Below are positions 32,301-42,336 of a stretch of 64,000 nucleotides of DNA, in pieces. Position numbers and translations under genes: made by a program. The notes below the pieces were generated by a model, which was not told the origin of the DNA, searched no databases, and was given only the letters and a program-made list of their open reading frames with translations. How positions within the stretch are numbered: position 1 is the stretch's first letter; each line of letters begins with the position of its first letter. The DNA comes from a virus, in the IMG/VR virus record IMGVR_UViG_3300037222_000100, positions 103,870-167,869 of that record; one strand, written 5' to 3'.

Positions 32301-32948
32301 CGGACGTGGCTTGTAGAACTTTACACGTCCGGCGCGTGAGATGTTGAAGGCAGTATCCCAGAAGGAAGTCGGCTGGCCTTCCCACTCGCCTCCATGGGGA
32401 TCGTAACCCTTCCAATTGACCTCATCAACTAGACCTTGGGGATGCTTGAGATCAAAGACTTGCTCGGCGTACTGGGCGTGACTCGGCGTGCCATCCTGAC
32501 CTTCAGTCGTCCAGGTGTGGACGTTCCCTTCGGGATCGAGCATGCCCTTACCTGGACGACCAAGGTCCCAGTTCAACTGATGTCCGGCTGAGCCCTGTGC
32601 CGCGACCTTGCTATGGAAGTCCCACTGGTCGTAGTCCACAGGCTCAATACCAAGATGCTGATTGACATCCTCTTCGCCCTCAAACCCCGGCGAGTACCAA
32701 GTCGCTTTGTCGCCTCGGCGCTGACCATACTCGTACTCGGGATACTCGTGATGGGGAAATTCAGTTGGCGCACCAACGATGTGTTCGATCATCTCGCCGT
32801 GATGCGTAAAGGGTCCGCCAACCCATACCCGGTGATAGTTCGGGTCGTAGATCAGCGGGCCACTGGAGTGCGATCCTTGACCGCCCATGTCCTCTACCTC
32901 GGGTGGACCGAGAGAGGAGAACTTCCAATTCAGGACATGCTCTGCCAT
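29307..32948 (-). CDS. ~1213-aa multidomain protein: PcfJ-like, ART/Tpt1-like and repeated unnamed domains
   Basis: DLGAEGTMMGHCIG..YSLRD..GRPHVT; LYHGT..I.RNGL..VYM..VLKI. Confidence 0.8.
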   Translation of the reverse strand: MAEHVLNWKFSSLGPPEVEDMGGQGSHSSGPLIYDPNYHRVWVGGPFTHHGEMIEHIVGAPTEFPHHEYPEYEYGQRRGDKATWYSPGFEGEEDVNQHLGIEPVDYDQWDFHSKVAAQGSAGHQLNWDLGRPGKGMLDPEGNVHTWTTEGQDGTPSHAQYAEQVFDLKHPQGLVDEVNWKGYDPHGGEWEGQPTSFWDTAFNISRAGRVKFYKPRPEQYGENDPRDYRRIVEEADPRFKDVGFHGKEQWHFGNSTGTWHHNLWTGERCNCPWNDAHAKLTKLGGPNLNKVLKAPDKALRTPEGEEFKRIMVERLGEERESLAPYLAHRFKKGDIRVGGDRDLPEGTVGGPHLQFWQGGNSYERWLKDWKQKKQEVDDGEREQEEKNRAFREFQKGRDEEPEDWSPVPEGERPYSDKVKANVEDRYFNPLDHVLPNWHNWYEARQHPLRRGVNVLEGDWTPQKMNERARAHSEEVRREKQTEELSHAGKVVHKFEPHKGGVSGIDWDRVAENEDQYHTGLGRVDVERAEREGKGDTDPELRSLREMYPKTVAPRKSGWHIKQLQDAEDLGAEGTMMGHCIGNDEKYGHCLENGLIDAYSLRDPKGRPHVTWHYNSDGTLAEMFGPNDDPVKPEYQDMLNEWGDHVGKETERDNAVGHEEEDPEEDRELLYANFPQAEDVSDYTQYHHPDRRYQEVEHDFVEGREPGENTEYNWEEPEWTGVSADYADQYKHVYHAPEGQDPARSRQQQEFHDRRFDQQQQEFLEAIKHHGHQSEMTDALQNHINETYGENGELMEPGEQPDNDHVRNIQRWNETFPSWEVNIPQAPPEEGYLGPYHREPPQPGIVWPHTPHLYDPQNTWKIGPGGTGQQQMFSFTGIAKNDEKWQLKTAMPVDESFWHNWQKGPKSALYHGTTPARLESIMRNGLHPWDSDVAGGTNYGKPNPNEFGKTTPDEWLIPRPGHVYMAQYPMDARDRSIDDVDRRADPPEEPIVLKINPAHLDPQHINPDEDNMIPEATISPQEGYDSLGQMADAMGYGDVPGETERQVAQGNHIGYRGVIPPEALTPGVMRAGAWEPLEAHQFTAGATPAPWEPGQWGKGIYYPDTDHLVTWADERTHGDVWGDDENAAQPGPAHHLIIRPNGTVRDQGAMDRNYENAESSTPELAAALRAYDQRLKLDSSEGWDFANTEPQRTEPDSLDESRYHNVQFQNDVPGL

Positions 32949-33092
32949 CGCACCCATTATGACGCAGATTCACGCTCGATACCTCGCTCTGCTTGACACG
33001 GCGGGGTACGCACTGATATCCTATCTCGTTCTTCAAGGACCGCTAGGTTCGCCCTGGCGGTCCTTTCCATTCCATCAAGGAGGCTGAGAGCA

Positions 33093-33467
33093 ATCTCGTT
33101 TGTTGCCAAGACAGCAGTATTCATCGCATTTCTGCCGTTCCCCATAGTCCACCATCACCACCATGTCCACCATCGGCACCCTAAGCCGGTCATGGCTCCA
33201 GCGCTTGCATCCTGGTTCAACGACGGAGTTGAAGCCACTGCATGTGGAACCCACGTCACGAACGGGTTCGCCCACTTGCCAGAAGCCGGATGGGCATGCG
33301 GCGCGAAAGTACGGTTCTGCTATCGCAAGCGGTGCGTGACCGGCGTGCGAGAGGACTCCGGTCCATACGTTGCGAGTCGCACGTTCGACCTCACGCCTAG
33401 CCTCAAGGCTGACCTCGGATGCTCCGATCTATGCCACTTGCGATGGAGGCGCTTGACGCCCCGCTAG
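33093..33467 (+). CDS. RlpA-like double-psi beta-barrel protein, start uncertain (ATC 33093 or ATG 33192)
   Basis: ASWF..ACG..AH...CG..V...DSGPYV..R.FDLT..LG. Confidence 0.75.
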   Translation: MSFVAKTAVFIAFLPFPIVHHHHHVHHRHPKPVMAPALASWFNDGVEATACGTHVTNGFAHLPEAGWACGAKVRFCYRKRCVTGVREDSGPYVASRTFDLTPSLKADLGCSDLCHLRWRRLTPR

Positions 33468-33472
33468 GGGTA

Positions 33473-33910
33473 CTACGCGGCTAAGGCACGGCGATGTGCT
33501 TTGCTACGTAGATCACGTTCTGCCTTGCATCTGCGACATTCGTGTCGGCCACGAGGATTGACGTAGACGTTATCAAGCGTCATCTCATGTCCGTATTGGC
33601 AATGCGTTTTTCGGGGCTGTCGATGGGCCGTAGCACCAGGGCGGCGGTTTTCCGCCTGCTCTTTGCGCGTAGCCCATCGACAGTTGCCCGGCTCGTAGTG
33701 CCCGTCGTTGTCGATCCGATCAAGCGTTAGGCCCTCCGGGCGCTCTCCCATATCGGCGAGGAAGTTCTCAAAGCTCTCCCATCGCGCGCAGACTGCGATG
33801 CCTCGTCCGCCATAGTTCTCGTGCTCGCGACATCGTTGGCGCATCAAGACCCAGGTCGTATAGGTCGGGTCCTTGCGTCCTGCATAACCGTGTTGAACGA
33901 GGAACGTCAC
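33473..33910 (-). CDS. HNH-type homing endonuclease
   Basis: [39 protein letters not shown]; KTHC..GH tail; TATACT 7 nt before GTG. Confidence 0.92.
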   Translation of the reverse strand: MTFLVQHGYAGRKDPTYTTWVLMRQRCREHENYGGRGIAVCARWESFENFLADMGERPEGLTLDRIDNDGHYEPGNCRWATRKEQAENRRPGATAHRQPRKTHCQYGHEMTLDNVYVNPRGRHECRRCKAERDLRSKAHRRALAA

Positions 33911-33928
33911 GGACTCTAGTATACCTCC

Positions 33929-33957
33929 TTGACAGGCGATCATGGGGCTGCTAAGAT
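33929..33957 (+). promoter_or_regulatory. sigma70-like promoter TTGACA-17-TAAGAT
   Basis: Consensus -35, exact spacing, TGn extension. Confidence 0.8.
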
Positions 33958-33962
33958 GTAGG

Positions 33963-34057
33963 GCGTCGCCGCTCCTCCCTACTCGGCGGCTAGGGAGTTG
34001 AGCGCGACTTGTTGGTCATCGATAGAGGGCGGCTCCATCTCCCCGGAGCCGCCCTTT
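33963..34057 (+). ncRNA. Candidate ~95-nt small RNA
   Basis: Lies between a promoter and a terminator; long 5' hairpin; no ATG. Confidence 0.55.
34025..34057 (+). terminator. Intrinsic terminator
   Basis: AGGGCGGCTCC/GGAGCCGCCCT 11-bp stem then short T run. Confidence 0.75.
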
Positions 34058-34106
34058 GTCGTTCCTGGTCCTTGACTTCCGTTCGATGCTCCGGTATACT
34101 CTCCGC

Positions 34107-34219
34107 ATGCGCGTCTCCGCCGACAGATTCCCACGCTCAAGGGTAAGCGCCTCGGATGCTACTGCAAGCCGCAATCGTGTCACGGCGACATTCTTGCTAG
34201 ACTGGCGGATGCATCATGA
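34107..34219 (+). pseudogene. DUF4326-like remnant (C-terminal part only)
   Basis: LKGKRLGCYCKPQSCHGDILARLA is out of frame with the leaderless ATG 34107 that follows TTGACT-17-TATACT. Confidence 0.7.
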
Positions 34220-34629
34220 GCGCTACAGCCGAAGAGCAACGTGTGTTACTAGCTAGCCGCAAGGAGTTCGCCCTATGGTTCTCCTGCATCACCTGCGATG
34301 CTCTGCCTGGCGAAGAGTGCAGGGGCCTAGGCTGCGGCCCCGGCGAAATGCATCGAGATCGTGTGCGGATGGCTAGAGAACTGGATCAGCTAGAGGACGG
34401 CGCATCATGAAGGGCGACGACGCATATCTACTACTGGTAGAAACCCAGGTCCAGGCGAATGCCCTTTGGCAAGCTGCCAAGGAGGCCAAGATGGAGCCTC
34501 ATTCGGTTGAGATCATCCGTAACTTCGTCGGGGGCCTCGGGACCATCCAAGCTAATTGGGAGACAGAGCGAGCCCGATGGCAGGAGGCCGTCTGATGGCG
34601 TTCCATTCACGAGACGGGCTTTTCTTTGA

Positions 34630-34884
34630 GCGCAACGACGAGGACGCAGAGCTACGCTCGTATCCAACTGGGAGGACATCAAGATCGAGGTCATGCGGGA
34701 CCTCCTCTACCAAAAGTTCGAGGAGCCGACGATCAAGGCGAAGCTCGTGGCCACCAACCCCTCTGAGCTTATCGAGGGGAACAACTGGGGCGATGACTTC
34801 TGGGGCGACTGTAGTGGCAACGGCCAGAACATGCTCGGCCAACTCCTCGAAGAGGTCCGGCAGTGGTATCTGGCGATCACATGA
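34630..34884 (+). pseudogene. NADAR (YbiA-like) remnant, C-terminal half
   Basis: WEDIKIEVM..QKF..L.AT..LIEGN.WGD.FWG..GQNMLG.LL; in-frame TGA at 34627, no N-terminal half. Confidence 0.75.
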
Positions 34885-36021
34885 CTGAGGGTACTCGCGT
34901 CATCTTCGCCTCGATTGCGGGCCTCCTCCCGTGGGGTATCGCGGCCATCGTCACCAACTGGTACAACGAACTCCAGTCAAACGGCATTCATACTCTCGGC
35001 GTTCGTCATGCCCTTCTCTTGCTGGTCATGCAATTCGTTCTCGGCATCGTGACGTACTTCGTTCTGGATAACGGACACATGAGAGCGAGATAACGGACAC
35101 ATGAGCTACGTCGAGACTGACTTGCTTCCTAAGCCGGATACGGACATGCGAACGGTCTACTACAAGGTCGAGCCCGAAGAGCTAGATGCTCTCATCAAAC
35201 GTAGAGAAGGACCTTGGGCCTATACGATCTACGGTTGGGTCCGGGTGCCCAAGCGTCATCAGCATGACTACCATTTTCCTCCCATCACGCCCAGATTGGC
35301 GCTTCCGGTATGAGGGCACAGGTCTATGCGCTCGTCGCCATCGCTCTCGGACCGTGGGTTGCTGCTCTATGGGCGACAGGAGAGATGACGCAAGGCGGCA
35401 GTTCTCCGTGGCTGCGTCGGCTCGTCAAGGCCGTCTTCTGGACCTGTCTCGCGGCGGCAATCGTGCTATCGTTGATCGAACCATGAAGGTCCACGGACAT
35501 CTCTCACGAGAGGCAGAGCTAGGCGAGTTCGCTGTCGTGCGTCCATACGTGGCCATCGGGCGCGTGACAGGCTGCGTGCCAGACGACACGATCCGGTTCC
35601 CATCGAGGAGGGCCAGGTACGCCGAGGCAACATCTTCACCTACGACATTGGCAAACCCTACTTGAACAAGCACGGCAAGCGCACCGGCAAATGGTGGGTT
35701 ATAGCCAGGGGCGGTCGAGACTGGCATCAGTACTTGATGAACCGCAGTGAAATCGAGTCGATGAGGGTCGTAGATTCTGCCGGGTAGAACGATGGCCCAT
35801 CTCGCTTTCGCTCGACGGGCAGTAGGATAGCACATCGATCTGGGGTTTGCGAGGGGGAGGGGGGGCAATGCGCGACCAATCATGTAACGGATGTCGGGAC
35901 ACACATAGGAGTGACGTGTGTAGGGTTTCATCCGGGAAGCAGACCAGGACGGTCCTCTTCTCGTATGCGCTCTCGCGCAGATCGTGTAACGTAGGGACCG
36001 GAATAGGACCCATCTGCGAGA

Positions 36022-36441
36022 TCACGCAGAGTGACGAGCGATGTGATCGAGCTTAGGTAGTGGTTCGAGATGACCGGGATTGACACAACGCTTCTCTTCG
36101 CACAGGTGGTGAAGCTCCATGTCTTCGGGTACGGGGCCGTTGATGAGTTCCCAGGCGACCTTATAGGCGCGCATGGTTCGCTGTTTGACCTTGAAGCGCC
36201 CGTACCCTTTGTCACCGCATCCTGCTAGCCACAGCCAGCAAGGACCCAACTCAGGATGAGCCTTCGGTATGGGACCCGCTCTGTTCACCTTCTCAAAGAA
36301 GCGTTCGTGTAGCGACCGGGACTTAGGACCACGACGAGTAGCGGGCAATGCGCCTAGAAGTTTCTGTGCGCGGTAATGGCGTTCGCAGAGTTCAAAGGCA
36401 TAGCGTGGCCGGGGGCAGCCATCTTCCTTGCAGAGTCTCAT
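36022..36441 (-). CDS. HNH endonuclease
   Basis: CWLW..GYG.F..LHHLC..RCVNP.HL; TGC-TACACT 6 nt before ATG. Confidence 0.92.
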   Translation of the reverse strand: MRLCKEDGCPRPRYAFELCERHYRAQKLLGALPATRRGPKSRSLHERFFEKVNRAGPIPKAHPELGPCWLWLAGCGDKGYGRFKVKQRTMRAYKVAWELINGPVPEDMELHHLCEEKRCVNPGHLEPLPKLDHIARHSA

Positions 36442-36553
36442 GGCGACAGTGTAGCAGTAGCGGGACCCCTATTCCATTGAAAACCATATGCTGACATGTG
36501 GATCGGGTACTTTCGTGAGTTTATAGGGAGCCCTCATTGCAAAGACGGACGGC

Positions 36554-36648
36554 ATTCACTCATTCATCCACGCACGCTGCGCGCGTGTACATGACACAGC
36601 GCAGGTGAATGTGTAACAGTGAATGGTGTTACCTGATTCACTCATTCA
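36554..36648. repeat. Cluster of ATTCA/TGAAT boxes in a non-coding region
   Basis: ATTCACTCATTCA at 36554 and 36636; GTGAATG at 36605 and 36619. Confidence 0.7.
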
Positions 36649-37592
36649 CACCTACTTAGTATACTCCCGTGCGTGAGAAGGAGGCTAGCTGGGGGATGGT
36701 TCGGGAGGGGATGCACATCAGGGCAGGCAGTGCAAGAGCAGCAGGCAGGCTGCGCGTGATGTACTCGACTACACTCAGGGCGTGTACTATCGCCATGAAC
36801 GTGACACGATTGGTAGTCCCTAGTCCCTGGACACGGGACAACGATGCATGTTGTTGAAGCGTACGTCAACAGTGTGCTGTGTTCGTGCCTGGCGTGTGGC
36901 TGGCTGTGCTATCGCTGTCATCATACGTGCTACCGATCCTGTATGGTGCATCACGCATGACCTGCTCAGAGCATGCCTTCAGCCAATGACTACATACTTG
37001 GCCGAGGTACGAGCACTGCATTCCACACTCAGGACATGACCACATGCCGTGCATCATAACAGTTGGGGGCGGATTGCCGCTACTCGTGCTACACTAGAGC
37101 CATGTCAATGTCACGACGTACTCAAACCACTGGCGTTCTCTCTGCCCTGAGACGCTTCCTGCTCATCTGTAGTCTCGCCGCCTTCGTCATCGCTGTGCTG
37201 ATCTCTGTGGGCGTGATCACGCCGACGCTCCGCGAGCTTGCGATCTCATTCAGTCTCTTTGTTGCTGGCGTTGCCTGCCTGCTCGCCTGCGACGAGTGAT
37301 CCATGGGCACAGCGCTTGTCGTCGCTGCTTACGTCGTGACGTTCGTTGCGCTCTGGTGGTTCGTATCGAAGTACGAAGACTATGACCGCGACCATTGGTC
37401 GTGATCTGCTATCATGCCGAGCATGGACATCATTCAAGATCACCCCGACTACAACAAGACCGTGAAGTTCTGGTATGAGGCTGGCCACGACGCAGGTCAG
37501 CAACTAGGCGAAGGACGCGGTTGGCAGCGAGGCGTGCGTGCATTCAAGGATCGTCTGCGCCGTTGGCTTGAGCCGCAGTCGCTCACTGCGTC

Positions 37593-38051
37593 CTAGCGGC
37601 TTGCCGCTCGTCTCGCGCTCTCTCGTGCCGTCTTGGCCGCGTGGCATGGGCAGCATCGAGCCCTGAGGTTCTCGACCGTGTGCTCGCCGCCATCCCATAG
37701 CGGTATCTCGTGATCAGCCTCCCAGGCGCGTTCTTCATAGCGTCCCTCGTCATTGAGACGCACGCCCACGAAGAAGCCGCAGTCAGCGCAGCGTAGCTCC
37801 TTGCCTTCCCTCTGCGCTATCACCAACAGAGCTTGACGCGGATTCCAGGTCATCGAGTCGCGGAAGGCTTGGGCGCAGTCGCGGCCCTCGCGATCTGGGT
37901 AGCAGTAGCGCCTGATGCTGGCCCTGCTTCCCTTGAGCTTGTGGCCGCACCATCTGCATGTGCCCTTTGGGGCATCTGGCACTGCGGGATGAGCCAGGAA
38001 GAGAACGCCGCCGCGCTTAGCTATGCTCGACGTACTCGCCATCCTCGTCAC
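37593..38051 (-). CDS. HNH endonuclease (zinc-binding type)
   Basis: CADC..EADHEIPLWDGGEH..NL..C.PCH..KT. Confidence 0.85.
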   Translation of the reverse strand: MTRMASTSSIAKRGGVLFLAHPAVPDAPKGTCRWCGHKLKGSRASIRRYCYPDREGRDCAQAFRDSMTWNPRQALLVIAQREGKELRCADCGFFVGVRLNDEGRYEERAWEADHEIPLWDGGEHTVENLRARCCPCHAAKTARESARRAASR

Positions 38052-38962
38052 GCAGGAGCGTAGTTAGCTCGTGATGCACCCACGGGCGCTCTTGCTTGAA
38101 GCCACGCGGGAAGAGCTTGGCGATAGCCATGCGGTCCTCGCTCGTCAACTCGGCGTCGAGATGCAGCATCGCCTGACCATCGTCCTCTAGCAGTAGCTCA
38201 CACATGATCGAACGCCTCATGGTTGATATACTAGCAGCCGTGAGGAAGTTCCCGCATCCCATGTTCCGACGCGATGCCCTCGCTGCGTGGCTACACCATC
38301 ACCCCAAGACCCTAATGGCTGCCTCCGAGGACGTGATCAGAGATGAGTCCGATCTCTATCCTCGTGACGTGTTCGGCTCCCATCAGGTCCACAACGACAT
38401 GCGTGTGCTTGAGGGAGAAGGCCGCATATGATCTTGGTCCCGCTCATCGCTGGCGCTGTGTCTTCCGCCATCTTCCTGCTGTGGTGGTGGCTCTGGCCTC
38501 GGCCTAAACCTAGCGTCTGGTACGTGAACGGCAAGCGCATCCCCGATGATGTACGCGCTCGTGCCGAAAAGGCAGGCTGCGATGAGCGTCAAGCTCCCCA
38601 CGCTCCTTCTACTCTATCCAGTCTACCTCGTGCTCAAGGCCATGGCCTGGGCGCTCGACAGACTCGAACGCTAATGGGGTCATGCAGTAAGAAAGCCTAC
38701 TCGAATCAAGACCAGGCTGAGAAACGCGGACGTAACATCGAAGCGGTCGAAGGCAAGAAGCTCTGGACCTATTGCTGCACCACCTGCGGCAAATGGCACT
38801 TGACTAGCAAACGCCCTGCCAAGCGCTCCTACAAGTGCCGCGACGGCAAACGCAACCGCTAGCTGCCACCCCTGCTCGGTGGCATCAACTGGCAGGTTTG
38901 GCTCTCGCGTGTAACTATGTCCTCAGTAACACGATTAGCATATGTCAGGTTAGCCGACACTC

Positions 38963-40936
38963 TCAGACGCTAAATTGACCACGCCACAGCCGCCACGCTT
39001 CGCACTCACACGCCGAGTATTCTTGGCCGCACCCTTGGCAATGCGAGTAGGCGTAATCCTCCGGGCTCACAAGACGCTTACCTGTCCCGTCACAGGCATC
39101 GCAGCAGGCGGGATGCCTGATCTTGTTGTTCATGATCGCCACGCCATGCTTGCCGGTGCCACCACATTGTCCACATACATCAACGTACTCGTGAGCGATG
39201 ATAGCCGCTTCTGCATCGTGCTCGTCTTGGTCCCGCGCTCGATGGTTGAGCCCGGCCCTGAGCTTGCGACGCACGGCTTCAATCTGCTCCCCTCGATGAC
39301 CGCTCTCGCCCAGTGTGAGGATGGCTGCGCTAAGCGCTACGGCCTCATGGCGGTCGAGGATGATTGTGATGTTGTCGTCCCAACTCACAGCCGTCTGCCT
39401 GTACCCTCGCAGGTGTCGCACTCCTCACTCTCGAAGCTGCTGCCATAGTCTTCAGGCCCATGCACGCGGACGAAGCCTGTGCCGCCGCATAGCGCGCATG
39501 GAGGGATCAGGTGTTCGCGTATCGTCATGAGCGCATCAGCCAGAACATCATCGATCAGGTCCACCGCTCCGAACTTGCGAATCAGGCCCGCGTTAGCCCA
39601 CTTCCGTAGCTCTGCCACAGTCCCAGGCGCGTGAGCGAAGCCACCTTGATGGCGCAGCAAGCTCATGGCTGTTCTCCCGTGCCGTGACAGACAGGACAGG
39701 TGTAGTCGGGTTCACCATCGACATCGGTATCCCACTCGACATCGATTTCGCCTCTCCCTTCGCACTCATCGCATTCAGCCGCCTCTGCTTCTGCGTCTTC
39801 AACGCAAACGCGCTCGTCCTCAAGCTCTTGGACACGACCCTCCCAGTCGTCGCGTTCGATCTGAGCCGACCACAGGTCTTCCTCGACCTCTCTCAAGGTG
39901 CGCGTTAGATCAGGCATGGGAGAAGCGCGTCATAGACGCGCTGGTCGATGATCGAAGGATGAAAGATCAGGTCATTCACGAGCCTTCCACGGCCACACCC
40001 AGACTGATGCGTAGAGATGATGTCGATCTCTCTGCCGTCCGTGAGACGAATGCGACATTTGGGGCTGCCGCTGGCCATGTCTTTGTACTGGTCGCGCAGA
40101 GCCGCATCGAGGTTGCTGGCGCTCTCAGCATGGGGCATGACAACCAAGACGATTGGTCCCTTGGCTTCGAGCACCTGCACCACTATGTCATCAAGCATGT
40201 ACAGGTACCTCGCCGCACCACGGACAGAAGCGTTTGCCGCAGTCACCATCGCCATCGGTGTCGTACGGACATGGCTGCTTGTGACGCCACTCACTCCACG
40301 ACGGGTCTGTGGCCTTGAACTCCGTCCACTCCTCGATATCGGGCTTCGGGTCGAAGGTCTTGAATTCGCCCTCATACGCGTCGCGTTCATTCCAGTCGCG
40401 ACAGCGCTCGCACACGAATGCACCAAGAGGCGCGTCATGGCTTTCATCGGGTTCATAGTCCTCGAAGAACTGATCCTCGTTTTCAGGATCGCTGTAGAAC
40501 AGGTGCTCAGAGCAGAAGAAGAGGCCGCAGCCCATCTCTCCACCGTAGGGCTCGCCGCCGCAGACATAGCCGAGCCCGCGATCTATCTCGACATCGCACC
40601 CTGGATGATCGCACATTGCGGGTACGCCATAACCGATATCTCGGCCCCATCTATCGTCATATCCAATCATCCAACCCATCATTCGCTCCAGTCTTCGCTG
40701 TGGCTTAGCACCTTGATGATCAGATCATAGCGCTCGATTGACTCTTCGTGATGCGCTATGTGTTCCTCGGGCGAAGATAAACCCACTCGCTCATGTTCAG
40801 GCAATTCCTCACCATCGATATCGGAGAAATGTTGATTGCCCCCAAATCCCTCCTGTCGCTCACGATAGTACTTGACCCATTCGACGTGTATTTGCCTATG
40901 CTCGTTGGCATATGCGATGGCCTGCTCTTTGTCGGT
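38963..40936 (-). CDS. Run of small minus-strand hypothetical genes, several with DnaJ-type CxxCxGxG motifs
   Basis: CGQCGGTG/CDACDGTG, CALCGGTG/CDTCEGTG, CDECEGRG/CPVCHGTG in three adjacent ORFs. Confidence 0.55.
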
Positions 40937-41478
40937 CACGGCTTGCTCCCCGATTGCACACCGTATTCTTCCGCCAACTCGGCTGGCGTGAGGCTTGAGG
41001 GGTTGGACTTGAAATTGGCCCAACCGCGTACCAAGCATTGAGCAACAAGGCCGCTGCATATCTCTGTGCCATTCATGCCAAACCAGAGTCCCCGACCGGG
41101 CGTGAGAAAGCGCAGCGCACAAGCAAAGATCACGGTCCACCCATACTTCTGTCCCACGCAGCTTTGAGCGAAGCCGATAGCTTGCGCTCTGTCTGTAGAT
41201 GCGAGATGGGTTGAAACTACTTGGCGCTCGATGTTGTCGTAGTCCGAGAGCGGCGTACGGACGACGCCCTTCGTCAGAGCCTCAATAACGTAACCGGGGC
41301 TGTTCCATCCACTGTGCCCACCGGGATCGGTCCCGCTTTCGGGTGCTTGAACGACAAAGACGACATGCGACCAGCGTGCGCCCGAACGGAAGCGTAGGCG
41401 CTCGCCCATGCGGATGATGGAGCTTGCCAAGCCCTTACGATGGCAGAGGATGAAGTCGCCAGGTTCAGGATTGGGCAT
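40936..41478 (-). CDS. Permuted papain-like (YiiX-type NlpC/P60) amidase
   Basis: PGDFIL..WSHV..IEA..G..Y..CSGLVA; His before Cys. Confidence 0.85.
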   Translation of the reverse strand: MPNPEPGDFILCHRKGLASSIIRMGERLRFRSGARWSHVVFVVQAPESGTDPGGHSGWNSPGYVIEALTKGVVRTPLSDYDNIERQVVSTHLASTDRAQAIGFAQSCVGQKYGWTVIFACALRFLTPGRGLWFGMNGTEICSGLVAQCLVRGWANFKSNPSSLTPAELAEEYGVQSGSKP

Positions 41479-42336
41479 GTGGTCCTTTCGTGCTGTGCTG
41501 CCATCCGTTGAGTGGGCGACCATGCGCAGGGCTCGTACAGCGGATATGCTCGCCGATCAGATGAGCGTGACCCGTACATGCAAACGGCTCAGTGATCGGC
41601 TCATGCTTGTTGCCACGCATAGCACGGGTCTTGCCGACCCACAAGTTCATTAGCCCAAGGTAGGTCAGGTCTGGGTTGATAGCCTTGGGCGGATCAAGCA
41701 GCGTGTCGCTGACCATGCCGTCGTCATCACACAACCGCGTCTCCATTGTGTAGTCATCAGTCATACGTTCTCACAGAAGTCCGCGTGTCGGCTGCCACCA
41801 TCCCTGCAAGCATAGCAGGCGGGCACTACTGACTCGCGCTCAACACCTGCTTTCCAATAGCGCTCGCATCGCCAACACCACAACGACTTCGAGCCACGCC
41901 GACGACCACGTACGGGCGTTAGTTCAGTCTCGCACGCAGGACAGACTCTCACGAGTCCTTCCTCACAAAACCTACCAGCTTACAGCGCACAGGCAACGTC
42001 TCGTAGCCTATCTCACCCATGCGCGTCCACGCGGCGTCGAAGCTCCTGATGCGCTCGGTGCCAAGAGCCGACGTAATCTCGATCTCAGCCACCATCGTCT
42101 CCTTCTTGTCATCCTTCTTAGCCATCCTGTGCTAGTCGCCTGTACGCGTCGCACTGCACGCATTCGCCGGGTTCGTGATCCTCGAAGGCGAGTCCAGCCA
42201 TCCCCTCGACGCTATCGTTGAAGGCGGAGCGTAGCTCAAGCATGCGTATCTGCACCGCATCCTCGTACGCCTCGGCAGCAAGAGAGTCGTAACTGTCACC
42301 CGTCATGTTACGCATTTTAGCAGGGGGCAACGAAAA

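Noticed and set aside
33030-33070. Known riboswitch upstream of the RlpA-like gene
   Set aside because: Only one hairpin in a short leader; no c-di-AMP (ydaO) consensus recognised.
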